A stretch of DNA of 63,842 bases, filler included, from Nanobdellota archaeon (GTDB taxonomy: Archaea; Nanobdellota; Nanobdellia; B33-G15), in NCBI GenBank assembly GCA_003660925.1. It is 3 parts of 3 records of this genome, joined end to end, with 100 filler letters (N's around TTAATTAATTAA, not from the genome) between each part and the next. Parts side by side here need not be neighbours in the genome. Positions count along the whole stretch, not along the records: positions 1 to 24,856 come from QMVD01000002.1; 2 more parts are not named here. One strand, written 5' to 3'. Shown piece after piece: positions 9,084 through 18,355 of the stretch; within the stretch, counting starts at the first letter, position 1; each line of letters opens with the position of its first letter. The notes beneath the pieces were generated by a model. It did no database searches, had not been told where the DNA came from, and saw only the letters and a list, made by a program, of their open reading frames with translations. The position numbers and the translations under genes were made by a program.

Positions 9084-10552
9084 AAGGGCTGAGTAACATG
9101 ATAGTGGGCCTGATCTTAGGATTGATAGTTCTCGGCTTCCTCATCTTCTTAGGGTGGGAAATCACTTACCTTTCCTCCTCCTTTTCCAGCTCCTTCGTTT
9201 GTAGCCTCTCTTCAAGGTTTAGACACTTCCTCCATTCCTTCTCCCTTCAGTTCTACGGCGTTGAGGTCATCTCCCTATACGACATAGCTAGGTTCGACGT
9301 GCCCCTGATAGGGTGCGCCCCTACTAGTATTAGATATGGTGAGGTGAGGGCGGAGGACCTCATGAGGACCATCGCCTTCGAAGCGGGAAGGTGTTACCAA
9401 CAGTATGGTGGAGGGGAATGGAACGTGATGTGGCTCTCTGGGGAGAACCCAAGACCATGTTCTTCCATCTACGCGGACCTCGGCGACCAGATGATCACTT
9501 TTGAGGATCTCTCCAACTTCTTCAAGACCATCAAGTTCAGTTCCAGGTTGGATTGCAGGGACTGTGAACACGCCTGTCCTGAAGGGTTCGTCTGCGATTA
9601 TGAACACCCCGAGCAATGCGTGAGGAGCGAGGCAAACCCATTAATATGTGAGGCCTTCGGGGTTCCCCCGAAATGTTCCGAAGGTTCCCTGAAGAGGATA
9701 AGAGGGAGTGAAGAGGAGATATTTGACGTTTTGAGTGACTTCGCGTGTGAGCAATACGACTTTTCCACCTTCTTAGAAGAGGGCTGTTTCGACGGGACGG
9801 ATGCGGGAAGCACCTATCTCGGAGAGCCCGTGGGAGGGGTTTGCTCTTCTGGAGTCCTCCTGAGAAACGTATGCATCTCTTTCGGAGAGCTGGACGGAGA
9901 GGCCACCATCCCCGAGGACATGTGCGTATCTTATGGGGGAGATGGCGGGGCGGAGTACGAATGCATGTACTGCGAGGAAGTCGTGGATGGGAAGACTCAT
10001 CTTTACAAGACGGACTTTTGCTTGATTCATCAGCCCACGAACGATAGCTGTAGAAAGGAGATAACTTACTACGACTACTTGCTACCAGGGATCAAAACTA
10101 TATACACCTACAGGGATCCGAGCGAGTCTTTCGTTGTGTTGGAGAACGAGAGTAATCATCCCATCACAGGGAAAGTGAGGATCTTCATCGAATTCTTAGA
10201 TTCCTTCAGTGGGACGGGGAAGCACGAGGGCATAAGGTATCTCCCCCCAGAGTGTGGCGTGTTAACTTTTGTCGACTCCTGTGACATGTGTGAGGATGAG
10301 TGCCTTGGGGGTTTGTTTAAGACTTACTCCCTCATCTCTGGAGGAAAGAAAGTTTATGGGAATCCCCTCACTTACACGACAGGCCCCTTCTTCTTCGTCA
10401 TCTCCACGGCCTTATGGCAGTTCGGCACGAGTGCTTATTCCTCCCTCCTCTCCTGCGAGAATTGCATCTCCACCAATATAAGACAGACCTTCTCAGAAGC
10501 CGACCTCGTGGCTTGTAGGGACACTCTGTTGATCTGCTTCTACCAAGAATAG
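9080..10552 (+). CDS. Large Cys-rich class III signal-peptide protein (minor pilin/adhesin)
   Basis: MKG|LSNMIVGLILGLIVLGFLIF; more than 20 Cys; ends CRDTLLICF, like the preceding gene. Confidence 0.75.
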   Translation: MKGLSNMIVGLILGLIVLGFLIFLGWEITYLSSSFSSSFVCSLSSRFRHFLHSFSLQFYGVEVISLYDIARFDVPLIGCAPTSIRYGEVRAEDLMRTIAFEAGRCYQQYGGGEWNVMWLSGENPRPCSSIYADLGDQMITFEDLSNFFKTIKFSSRLDCRDCEHACPEGFVCDYEHPEQCVRSEANPLICEAFGVPPKCSEGSLKRIRGSEEEIFDVLSDFACEQYDFSTFLEEGCFDGTDAGSTYLGEPVGGVCSSGVLLRNVCISFGELDGEATIPEDMCVSYGGDGGAEYECMYCEEVVDGKTHLYKTDFCLIHQPTNDSCRKEITYYDYLLPGIKTIYTYRDPSESFVVLENESNHPITGKVRIFIEFLDSFSGTGKHEGIRYLPPECGVLTFVDSCDMCEDECLGGLFKTYSLISGGKKVYGNPLTYTTGPFFFVISTALWQFGTSAYSSLLSCENCISTNIRQTFSEADLVACRDTLLICFYQE

Positions 10553-10582
10553 ATTTAAATAAGAGGAGGGGGATGTAAGAGC

Positions 10583-10738
10583 ATGAGAGGGGTCGTGATG
10601 AGCGAGACCTTGAAGCTCTTGCTCGCCATCTTCACCTTGATAGTCTTCGTCCTCGTGCTCATCTTCCTATCACAAAAGGGAGGGGAATGGCTTGACCAAC
10701 TCAAGGAAACCCTCACCTTCTCCTGGCTCTTCCAGTAA
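10583..10738 (+). CDS. 51-aa class III prepilin (not in ORF track)
   Basis: MRG|VVMSETLKLLLAIFTLIVFVLVLIFL with Glu at +5; TTTAAATA 29 nt upstream. Confidence 0.8.
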   Translation: MRGVVMSETLKLLLAIFTLIVFVLVLIFLSQKGGEWLDQLKETLTFSWLFQ

Positions 10739-10877
10739 GGGGGCGGTGAGCATCGCCTTGAAGTACATCATCCCTCTAATCCTAGGGTTGTCAGTCCTAC
10801 TCTTCTACATGATCTTCTTCGGTGCCCCCAGGTTGATCAACATGTTGAATCAGAGCTTGAACGTCTCTCTCCAATAA
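10692..10877 (+). CDS. Small pilin-like protein (start uncertain: TTG 10692 or GTG 10746)
   Basis: SKG|AVSIALKYIIPLILGLSVLLF; NQS and NVS sequons. Confidence 0.65.
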   Translation: MTNSRKPSPSPGSSSKGAVSIALKYIIPLILGLSVLLFYMIFFGAPRLINMLNQSLNVSLQ

Positions 10878-10890
10878 ATTTATATAAAAA
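10878..10890 (+). promoter_or_regulatory. TATA box upstream of the probable major pilin
   Basis: ATTTATATAAAAA; TTTATA begins 29 nt before ATG 10908. Confidence 0.65.
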
Positions 10891-10907
10891 GCATACCTCT
10901 TTCTCTC

Positions 10908-11267
10908 ATGAAAGCCCAGGGTTTACCCTTGAATACTATTGTCTTGGGGGCTCTCGCTCTGTTAGTCTTGGTCTTACTAGCCGCAGCGTTCGTCCCTTCC
11001 ATCGGGAACATGTTCAGGAGCATGTTGGGGATCACTGGCACGGGGAATGAGACGTTCATCCAACAGTGTCAGCTCGCTTGCCAGAACTTGGACAACAAGT
11101 ACACGCAGAGCACTTTCACAACAGCAGCACAGGGAAGTTCGTTCTGCACGTCTACCTACGGTGGCAAGCACTGCTATCATGTGATCACTTGTACAGCTCA
11201 CACGATCGATGGGAAGACGGTAACCGTAGATAGCAGCTGTTGTGGGGGAAGTTGCACTTTCACTTGA
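10908..11267 (+). CDS. Type IV pilin, candidate major pilin
   Basis: MKA|QGLPLNTIVLGALALLVLVLL; CQLAC...FC...HCY Cys pattern; own TATA box. Confidence 0.85.
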   Translation: MKAQGLPLNTIVLGALALLVLVLLAAAFVPSIGNMFRSMLGITGTGNETFIQQCQLACQNLDNKYTQSTFTTAAQGSSFCTSTYGGKHCYHVITCTAHTIDGKTVTVDSSCCGGSCTFT

Positions 11268-11269
11268 AC

Positions 11270-11566
11270 ATGAGGGCACAGGAGCTCCCGATGAGCACGA
11301 TAGTAGTTGTGGCTTTAGGTCTTCTTCTTTTTCTTCTCGTGGGGACGATAGTCCTCAACATAGGCGGGTTAGGGGAAAGGTTCAATTTGTTTCATCCCTC
11401 GGAGAGTATGGTGGATGCATGTGAGAGGTATTGCATCCAATCCAATGGCTTTTCAGATATATCCGCTACCCCTTATTGTAAGAATGACTGCGAAAACTAT
11501 GGCGTCGATTGTTATGCCTACGATGAGAACGGGTCGACGCACGATTTAAAGGTGGAGTGCCCGTGA
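11270..11566 (+). CDS. Type IV pilin, paralogue of 10908
   Basis: MRA|QELPMSTIVVVALGLLLF; CERYC...YC...C pattern. Confidence 0.8.
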   Translation: MRAQELPMSTIVVVALGLLLFLLVGTIVLNIGGLGERFNLFHPSESMVDACERYCIQSNGFSDISATPYCKNDCENYGVDCYAYDENGSTHDLKVECP

Positions 11567-11736
11567 GAGGAGCGATACAACTCGGAGTTGAGACCATAAT
11601 CGTGATAGCCGTCGCCCTCATAGTCCTGGTCTTAGTCTTGGCCTTCATCTACCAACAATTCGTCGGGCCGGCAAGCCAACTCTCCAACTATTCCACATCT
11701 TTAAATATAAGTCTCCCGAAGATATTACCATGGTAA
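11563..11736 (+). CDS. 57-aa class III prepilin (not in ORF track)
   Basis: GTG start overlapping the previous stop; MRG|AIQLGVETIIVIAVALIVLVLVLAFIY; NYS and NIS sequons. Confidence 0.8.
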   Translation: MRGAIQLGVETIIVIAVALIVLVLVLAFIYQQFVGPASQLSNYSTSLNISLPKILPW

Positions 11737-11879
11737 GGGTCGGGCTCCAGACCATAGTCGCTATAGCCCTCGCTTTCGCCGTCCTCATTTTGTTATTCAC
11801 CTTGTTCAACAGGAACGTCTCTTGGATACCCGGCCTCCTCCAGAACATGAGCAAGAACGCGTCTTGGGGAACGCCATGA
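11730..11879 (+). CDS. 49-aa pilin-like protein (not in ORF track)
   Basis: MVRVGLQTIVAIALAFAVLILLFTLFNRNVSWIPGLLQNMSKNASWGTP; ATGA overlap with the next gene. Confidence 0.75.
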   Translation: MVRVGLQTIVAIALAFAVLILLFTLFNRNVSWIPGLLQNMSKNASWGTP

Positions 11880-12517
11880 AGGGAGTGACCAGCTTCACTA
11901 TCCTCTTCATAGGGATGCTCCTAGCTGTAGCAGGGGTCATAGCATTGACGTTCGCGGACATACTCATACCCTTTCTCTTCAGCGTTCACATCTTGAAGGT
12001 GGAGAGCCAAGCAGGACCTTTCTCGAAAATCGTGAACGTGGTTTATACCTCCCAACAAGACATGTTGGCTTCACTTACCCTGACGGAAGATGGATTCTTC
12101 ATCCAGATCTTCTGCGATGAGGATTGTAGGAGAGATTTGGTGGCCTTGTACGTGAACAACAAACTCCTTGGGGACCCCATCTGCGAGGGTTATTGCGTGT
12201 GCTTCGGGACGTATGAAGAGGGACAGGGGATTCCATCGAGTTACGCGAATTTGAGGAACATGTCGAATGTCTTTTTCTATTTAGATACTGACGACCCCCA
12301 GGGAGAGCTCCAATCCTTCTGGGAGGAGTTCATGGACATGGATAGAATCAACAGCATCATGTGTGAGTCCGTCCCCACTTACCTTTCAGCGAAGGCAGAG
12401 GAGTGCGTGGAAATCTGCGACAACTTTCCCATCCTTTACGCTGACATCCCTGGAACGGCCACCTTCACCCTGAAGCTGAGCCGCATAGGAAACTCGGTAA
12501 CGGTGGCGGTGACATGA
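11876..12517 (+). CDS. Class III signal-peptide protein, Cys-rich
   Basis: MKG|VTSFTILFIGMLLAVAG; CEGYCVC motif. Confidence 0.75.
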   Translation: MKGVTSFTILFIGMLLAVAGVIALTFADILIPFLFSVHILKVESQAGPFSKIVNVVYTSQQDMLASLTLTEDGFFIQIFCDEDCRRDLVALYVNNKLLGDPICEGYCVCFGTYEEGQGIPSSYANLRNMSNVFFYLDTDDPQGELQSFWEEFMDMDRINSIMCESVPTYLSAKAEECVEICDNFPILYADIPGTATFTLKLSRIGNSVTVAVT

Positions 12518-13140
12518 TACTCCCTTTCCTCAGAGAGCTGATAATCACGGGCATGATCATCCTCTTCCTAGTGACACTTCTTCCTTCCCTCCTTCCCCTT
12601 CCTCAGGATGTTTCCTCCATGTTCTACTCCTTGAGCAAGAAAGTGAATTTCGCTTGTGAACCAGGACATTATTCGGAGTTCTGGGACTTCAAATTGCCGA
12701 GGGGTTATTCAATAATTCAGATCTACGGTTCAGGGGATTGTATGAACAACTTGGAAATCCTCAACCAAACGGGGTGCTTCTACCCCCTTCGCAAGGAATA
12801 CGAGAGGTGTGCAGGCAAGTATTGCTTATGTTTGTTCCAGAGAGCGGCCGGCACGAGCGCGCCAAGCGAGAACATCGTCGCCCTAACCATAGAGGAGAAA
12901 GATTTCATGTCCAACAGGATACAGGCCTGTGTGGATCTCAAACCCGATCAAATAGAAAAGGGGACAATGATATGTCTCCCCATAGATTGCAAGTCCACCA
13001 CCATCCCCATCCGGCTCACCAACGGGACCGGGAGCTTGATAGATTCCATAAACGCCCTTGATGAGGATTTCACCATAAGGTACATGGAATTCGCCCGGTC
13101 CAACTCACCAAACATCCACATGTTCGTCATAAGGCGGTGA
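12514..13140 (+). CDS. Membrane-anchored Cys-rich pilin-like protein
   Basis: N-terminal TM; CAGKYCLCL resembles CEGYCVCF of the preceding gene. Confidence 0.7.
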   Translation: MILPFLRELIITGMIILFLVTLLPSLLPLPQDVSSMFYSLSKKVNFACEPGHYSEFWDFKLPRGYSIIQIYGSGDCMNNLEILNQTGCFYPLRKEYERCAGKYCLCLFQRAAGTSAPSENIVALTIEEKDFMSNRIQACVDLKPDQIEKGTMICLPIDCKSTTIPIRLTNGTGSLIDSINALDEDFTIRYMEFARSNSPNIHMFVIRR

Positions 13141-14135
13141 GGATGGAAGCCCTCTTTTATCGAAAGCTGAACGGAAAGGTGAAGTGCACTCTCTGCCCGA
13201 GGGGTTGCGTGATAGCCGAGGGAAAGAGGGGTTTTTGTAGGGTGAGGGAGAACAGGGAGGGTAAACTCTTCTCCCTCGTTTACGGGAGGCCCGTGAGCAT
13301 AGCCATAGACCCAATAGAGAAGAAACCCCTCTTCCACTTCTATCCAGGGACGGACTTCCTTTCCTATTCAACCGTTGGTTGCAACTTCGCTTGTAAGTTC
13401 TGTCAGAATTGGGAGATAAGCCAGGCGAGCCCGGAGGACTTCAACGTCCCCTACGTCTCGCCGGAGAGGATGGTGGAGCTAGCTAGGGGGACGAGGGGCA
13501 TAGCCCACACTTACACAGAGCCCACCGTCTTCTACGAGTATGCCTACGACATCTCGAAGCTCGCTCATGAGGTAGGGTTAGTAAACGTCTTCGTGACCAA
13601 TGGCTTCACAAACCCAAGGCCCTTGAGGAAGATATCCAAGTTCTTGGATGGAGCAAATATAGACCTCAAGGCTTTTGATGAAGATTTTTACCTGAAGGTG
13701 GTTTCCGCCCCACTGAAGCCCGTCTTGAAGTCCATAAAGCTCTACAAGAAGTTAGGCATATGGGTAGAGCTCACAAATCTCATCATTCCCGGATTGAACG
13801 ATGACCCGGATATGATAAGGGAGATGGTGAAGTGGATAAAGAAGAATGTGGGCAGTGAGACGCCTCTTCACTTCTCTAGGTTTTATCCACACTACAAGAT
13901 GGGGGACAAACCCATCACTCCTGTGGAGACCTTGGAAAGAGCAAGGGAAATTGCCAAGGAAGAGGGGTTAAAATATGTCTACTTGGGAAACGTGCCTCAT
14001 GAAGGGGAGAACACCTACTGCTGGAAGTGCGGAGAGTTACTGGTGGAAAGAAGAGGTTTCTACGTCTTGAGGAATGTGTTGACCCATGAGAAGAGGTGCC
14101 CAAAGTGCGGAGCAAAGCAGTACTTTGTGTTTTGA
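13137..14135 (+). CDS. amrS: AmmeMemoRadiSam system radical SAM enzyme
   Basis: CTLCPRGC...GFCRVREN, DPIEKKPLFHFYPG, CNFACKFC, PLHFSRFYP, C-terminal CxxC pairs. Confidence 0.9.
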   Translation: MRMEALFYRKLNGKVKCTLCPRGCVIAEGKRGFCRVRENREGKLFSLVYGRPVSIAIDPIEKKPLFHFYPGTDFLSYSTVGCNFACKFCQNWEISQASPEDFNVPYVSPERMVELARGTRGIAHTYTEPTVFYEYAYDISKLAHEVGLVNVFVTNGFTNPRPLRKISKFLDGANIDLKAFDEDFYLKVVSAPLKPVLKSIKLYKKLGIWVELTNLIIPGLNDDPDMIREMVKWIKKNVGSETPLHFSRFYPHYKMGDKPITPVETLERAREIAKEEGLKYVYLGNVPHEGENTYCWKCGELLVERRGFYVLRNVLTHEKRCPKCGAKQYFVF

Positions 14136-15190
14136 TGCTTTTTTCCATCTCCAAGGCCCAGTACATATATGTAAGCGTTCGCCCTCACGAGAGCTTCGGA
14201 GAGGTGCGGGTGAGATATGAGCTGGTGAATGGAAGTGACGTCCTTCAAGTGTTCCTCGTCAGGTGTTCGATCACGGATGAAGGCATTAGTTGTCCTTACT
14301 ACCATGATACTTGTCCCGGTGAACTGTTGTGGGAGGAAAGGATTAGTGGAGAAGGCGAATTCTCCATGTACTTGGACGAGGAGCCTGGTATGTACAAGAT
14401 ATGCGGGAGGCTGAAGAACACGGGGAAGTATGACTACGTGGATGGGTATTCGGGCGAGGACAATTATCTCCTCTTGAAGAACTACGTAGAGAAGGTGATC
14501 ACGAGGACGAGAACGAAAATCGTGGAGAGAAACGTGACCAAGATCGTGAGGGAACCCGAAATCGAGATCCTAGAGATGCCGACCGCGTTGAAACAATATC
14601 AACCCTTTAACGTGACCTATTTGATATCGAACCCAACGGAGAAGCCCATCAACGCGAAAGTGTATTCCTTTTCCTATCACAATGGTTCTCATGTGACGAG
14701 ATCTAAGCCGTGGGATTACCACTTGGTGCATGTGGGTGCCAATGCCACATTCGTTGGAAGATTGTCCAACGAGTTCCTGAAGCAAGGGAGGTTCCTCTTC
14801 AAGGTCAGGATGAGGGTGAACGACACGAGGTATACGGACTCTTTGTGGGTGAACGTGAGCTGTTACAACAAACCATCTCATAAGTTCATATTCAAAGAAG
14901 GAGTGGTTGGAGTTCTCCTGGAGAACCAGGGGACTTGCAATGAAAGTTATGAGGTGATATTTAATTCCAGGGAGAGGAAAGTGAGGCTCTCACCCAACTC
15001 TAGTGAAGAAGTGCTTTTCAACAGGACAGCTGGTTATTTGGTAGTCTCGTACCGAGGGATCACCGAGAGCAGGAGGGTCTATCCGAGGAGAGAGGTCACG
15101 GGCGCCTTCGCGATCGGAGAAAAGGATTTAAGCAGGGCCCTCATAGTGTTCTCAGCTTTGGTGTTGCTTTACGTGGTGTGGAGGACATGA
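14096..15190 (+). CDS. Secreted beta-rich protein with C-terminal membrane anchor
   Basis: Signal-like N-terminus (start uncertain), several NxS/T sequons, VTGAFA motif then a TM helix. Confidence 0.7.
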   Translation: MPKVRSKAVLCVLMLFSISKAQYIYVSVRPHESFGEVRVRYELVNGSDVLQVFLVRCSITDEGISCPYYHDTCPGELLWEERISGEGEFSMYLDEEPGMYKICGRLKNTGKYDYVDGYSGEDNYLLLKNYVEKVITRTRTKIVERNVTKIVREPEIEILEMPTALKQYQPFNVTYLISNPTEKPINAKVYSFSYHNGSHVTRSKPWDYHLVHVGANATFVGRLSNEFLKQGRFLFKVRMRVNDTRYTDSLWVNVSCYNKPSHKFIFKEGVVGVLLENQGTCNESYEVIFNSRERKVRLSPNSSEEVLFNRTAGYLVVSYRGITESRRVYPRREVTGAFAIGEKDLSRALIVFSALVLLYVVWRT

Positions 15191-15636
15191 AAATAAGATG
15201 CATGCTTAATGTGCTCGGGAAGCCCAGAGAGTTCGTTAAGGAAGTCATGGAAAAGAAGTTGGAGAAGATCAAGAGAGAAAGGAAGGTGTATTCTTCCCAA
15301 TTATTCGAGCCTAAAAAAGTAGGCAGGAGTTTCTACTCCGTGCTGATGGAAGTAGAAACAGAAGTGAAGGATTTCACCGATTTAGTATCGTTCATCCTTG
15401 ATTACGTCCCAGTGAATATAGAAATCCTCGAAGAAGAAAATCTTAACTTTGAAGTGGCAGATTTCCAATCCGGCGTGAACGACTTGATCACGAGAATTCA
15501 AGAGTATGAGGAGGGGATTAGGGCTTTCAGTGCAAGTACTAAAATCCTTTCGGATAGGTTGAGACAAATTTTACAACAAAAAAATGATAAAAATGAAAAG
15601 CGTAAAAAACGCGGGAAAAAGTCTAATTCTGGTTAG
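15187..15636 (+). CDS. Hypothetical archaeal-type protein
   Basis: ATGA overlap; VLGKPREF...DLVSFILDYVPVNIEI. Confidence 0.75.
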   Translation: MKIRCMLNVLGKPREFVKEVMEKKLEKIKRERKVYSSQLFEPKKVGRSFYSVLMEVETEVKDFTDLVSFILDYVPVNIEILEEENLNFEVADFQSGVNDLITRIQEYEEGIRAFSASTKILSDRLRQILQQKNDKNEKRKKRGKKSNSG

Positions 15637-15685
15637 AAAAACATTTAAAAACCAATGAAATCTAGTAAGAAACGTACCTCCTATA

Positions 15686-15698
15686 GGAGGAAGGGTGA
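15686..15698 (+). promoter_or_regulatory. Shine-Dalgarno site of the S-layer gene
   Basis: GGAGGAAGGGTGA ending 6 nt before ATG 15705. Confidence 0.6.
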
Positions 15699-15704
15699 AA
15701 AAAC

Positions 15705-17957
15705 ATGAAGGCAAAAAAATTTGTGAAAAAGATTGTGGCACTAGCCGGTTCGGCAGCCATGGTCGGTGCGACAGTTGGAGGAGCAATGGCAGCTTTGAGT
15801 GACTTGCCAAGTCCATTCATAACCAATGGAATCTTTGACGCTTATGTGGTAGTGGGAGCAAATGCAGGGATCTCTGATGTGGTTGCAGCGATAGAGCTCG
15901 CGGCCGCTTTCGCGCAAAAAGCGACCAGCGGCGGGGCAGGGGTAGTGACATTCGAGAAGAACACGACCGCAGGGGTCCTGACCTCTGGTAGCCTAACTGA
16001 TGGAGCAGGGATAAAGAGTGTCTTGAATGGTGTGACTTTCACACCAGCGACTGATGGTTTCGACTGGTTGGAGAACAAGACCGTAACCAAGGACTACGGG
16101 AACGGCACTATAGTGTACCTCAAGGAAGAAGAGAAACTGGGCATCACGGATGGAACCGGTCAGACAGACGCCAAGGGTAACCTGATATTCTATGGCTATG
16201 GTATCATCTACAACGTGACCTTCAACCAAACCGTCCCTGAGGGAACGTCAGGGATTTCTTGGTTGGGAGACACCTATGAATTGGTGTCCTCGAGTTCAAC
16301 GGAGGTCATCCTCGGCCAGATAGAGGAGACCACGCTGAAGCTCGGAGAGGAGGTCACTGTAGGACAAGCGACCATAACAGCAACTGACATAGACTCTGTA
16401 CTCAATGAAGTTTACTTAGTGATAAAGGACGAGAACGGCAACATAGTGAAAGAGGACTGGTTCGCTCAGAACGAGGAGTACTCCAATGAGACCATAGGCA
16501 TTAAGAACGTGAAAGTGAAGTCGTTCCACTACAGCATCACGAAGCAAGAGGGAACGGTCGAACTTGAGATAAGGGCGAGCGCGGTAACCCTGAAGGACGG
16601 GAACACAACCACGGAGTATGGCGATAAGTGGGAAGTTGATCTGAGCGCTACTGATGATGGTGTTAACTGGATCGCCTTGAAGTCAAGGCTTTACTATCCA
16701 GAGTATCCCAACACCACGACCTTAGAGGGACTTACTCCTAACTCAGAGGTGGCAGGACCGAACAACTACTGGTATTTATACCACGATGGCTTCAAGATCT
16801 TAGATGATGGCGGTGAGACGACGATTCAAGTAAAGGACGACTTTGATGGTTCATCCATATGGGAAATACTCTATGTGGACAACAACGACGAGACGGTCAT
16901 GATTGACTTGGATAGTTACACCGTGACCGACTGGACAGAGTACCCGTCCGGGAGCCCTGTCTCAAACAGGTCTGCATACATAAACCTGCAGGGAAGCAGC
17001 TGGGTGTTTGAAGTATTCGACATATCAGGTGGCAGCTATGCCCACATAAACATCACAAAGGCGGGAGAGTCAACACCAACGTACAGCTACATAAACATAA
17101 CCTCTGGCACGCCATACGCCTACTTCAACGTCAGCGACGTGTGGTACAGAATAGACATGGAGCCAGACTTCACTCCAAAGGAACTCAACTTAACAGTATG
17201 GAACGTGACCATTGACACCAATTCACTGAGGCCGCCCAAGTTCAATGGAGCTGCCTACAACCTGACTTACACGAATGCCACCAAGACAGTGACTATAAAT
17301 GACGCTGGTGATGAGGACATCACGATAGACCTCGGTGACAGAGAGGTCTATGTCGGGACCAAGAAAATGGCGATGGGAGAGACTCTTTACTCCAAGTGGG
17401 GAAGCAAGACTTCCTACGGCAGTACAGGTATCGTATCAGTTGGGGTGCCTGAGAACCAAAGAGTGCTCGTGATCTCTCTCGGTAGAAAGGCGCCATCTCA
17501 GTTCACAGTGAACGTCGGAGAATACAGCGAAGATATAGGGGCGAAGGTCGTAGCAGGGGGCGGAGAGGTCGTAAATAAGATCTCTCCAGAGTTCGCGTAC
17601 TTGGACAGCGAGTTGAGCACCGTGGACAAGCCAGTCATCCTGGTGGGAGGACCAGCCATCAACTCGTTGGTGGCTAGCCTCGGAAACAAGACTCTGACCT
17701 TGGACGAGTGGAGGAGCGGGAATTACACTGGCAAGGCCATCATAGACCTGATCGAGAATGCCTTTGACGGCAACACAGCATTAGTGGTCGCCGGTTACGA
17801 GGCAGACCAGACGAGGATCGCAGCCAGGCTCTTGGCCAAGGAGTTGCTCTTCGGCGGAACAGTACTCGGAGACAACTGGACTGGCAAGGACAAGATCATA
17901 TTGGACGCGAGCGGCTTGAATGTGGATGACTACACTAGTGCCACGGTAGTGGAGTAA
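15705..17957 (+). CDS. S-layer protein (Methanococcus/Thermococcus S_layer_N/C type)
   Basis: KKIVALAGSAAMVGATVGGAMAALSDLPSPF...VVVGANA..SDVVAA; C-terminal ILVGGPAINSL and ALVVAGYEADQT. Confidence 0.9.
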   Translation: MKAKKFVKKIVALAGSAAMVGATVGGAMAALSDLPSPFITNGIFDAYVVVGANAGISDVVAAIELAAAFAQKATSGGAGVVTFEKNTTAGVLTSGSLTDGAGIKSVLNGVTFTPATDGFDWLENKTVTKDYGNGTIVYLKEEEKLGITDGTGQTDAKGNLIFYGYGIIYNVTFNQTVPEGTSGISWLGDTYELVSSSSTEVILGQIEETTLKLGEEVTVGQATITATDIDSVLNEVYLVIKDENGNIVKEDWFAQNEEYSNETIGIKNVKVKSFHYSITKQEGTVELEIRASAVTLKDGNTTTEYGDKWEVDLSATDDGVNWIALKSRLYYPEYPNTTTLEGLTPNSEVAGPNNYWYLYHDGFKILDDGGETTIQVKDDFDGSSIWEILYVDNNDETVMIDLDSYTVTDWTEYPSGSPVSNRSAYINLQGSSWVFEVFDISGGSYAHINITKAGESTPTYSYINITSGTPYAYFNVSDVWYRIDMEPDFTPKELNLTVWNVTIDTNSLRPPKFNGAAYNLTYTNATKTVTINDAGDEDITIDLGDREVYVGTKKMAMGETLYSKWGSKTSYGSTGIVSVGVPENQRVLVISLGRKAPSQFTVNVGEYSEDIGAKVVAGGGEVVNKISPEFAYLDSELSTVDKPVILVGGPAINSLVASLGNKTLTLDEWRSGNYTGKAIIDLIENAFDGNTALVVAGYEADQTRIAARLLAKELLFGGTVLGDNWTGKDKIILDASGLNVDDYTSATVVE

Positions 17958-17965
17958 ACCTCCAT

Positions 17966-17986
17966 CCTTTTCTTTTATTGTCTTTT
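17966..17986 (+). terminator. T-rich archaeal terminator of the S-layer gene
   Basis: CCTTTTCTTTTATTGTCTTTT just after the stop. Confidence 0.45.
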
Positions 17987-18028
17987 CCAACCTACTAAGT
18001 TTAAATACGACTTCTCCCCTTTACGACC

Positions 18029-18355
18029 ATGAAACTCGAGCACAAACTCCTTCTCTTCTTCGGCTTCTCCATACTCCTCGGTTTCGTGATAATCAAGACC
18101 TACATCTTCCTCATGTGGAAAGAGGTTTTGGAGGAGAAGAACGCTTACTGCGAGGCCTATGGGGAGAACTTGACCTTGGAATTGCAGGAGGAGAAGAGCT
18201 ATGTGGTGAGGTGCGAGTGCTTTTATCAGAGAGTGAAGCTGGAAGACTTAGAATCAGAATGTGTCTGCAAATGCTACACGAATGGAACGGTGTGTCCTCA
18301 CTTTGAAGAAGGCAGGTGTTACTTCCTCATTCCTATCATCAAGAGCAAACCTTAG
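18029..18355 (+). CDS. Small membrane-anchored Cys-rich protein
   Basis: N-terminal TM; CEC and CVCKC...C...C. Confidence 0.7.
   Translation: MKLEHKLLLFFGFSILLGFVIIKTYIFLMWKEVLEEKNAYCEAYGENLTLELQEEKSYVVRCECFYQRVKLEDLESECVCKCYTNGTVCPHFEEGRCYFLIPIIKSKP

Noticed and set aside
3400..13140. Archaellum operon
   Set aside because: No ArlB-type GIGTLIVFIAMVLVAAVAA motif and no ArlH, ArlF or ArlG.
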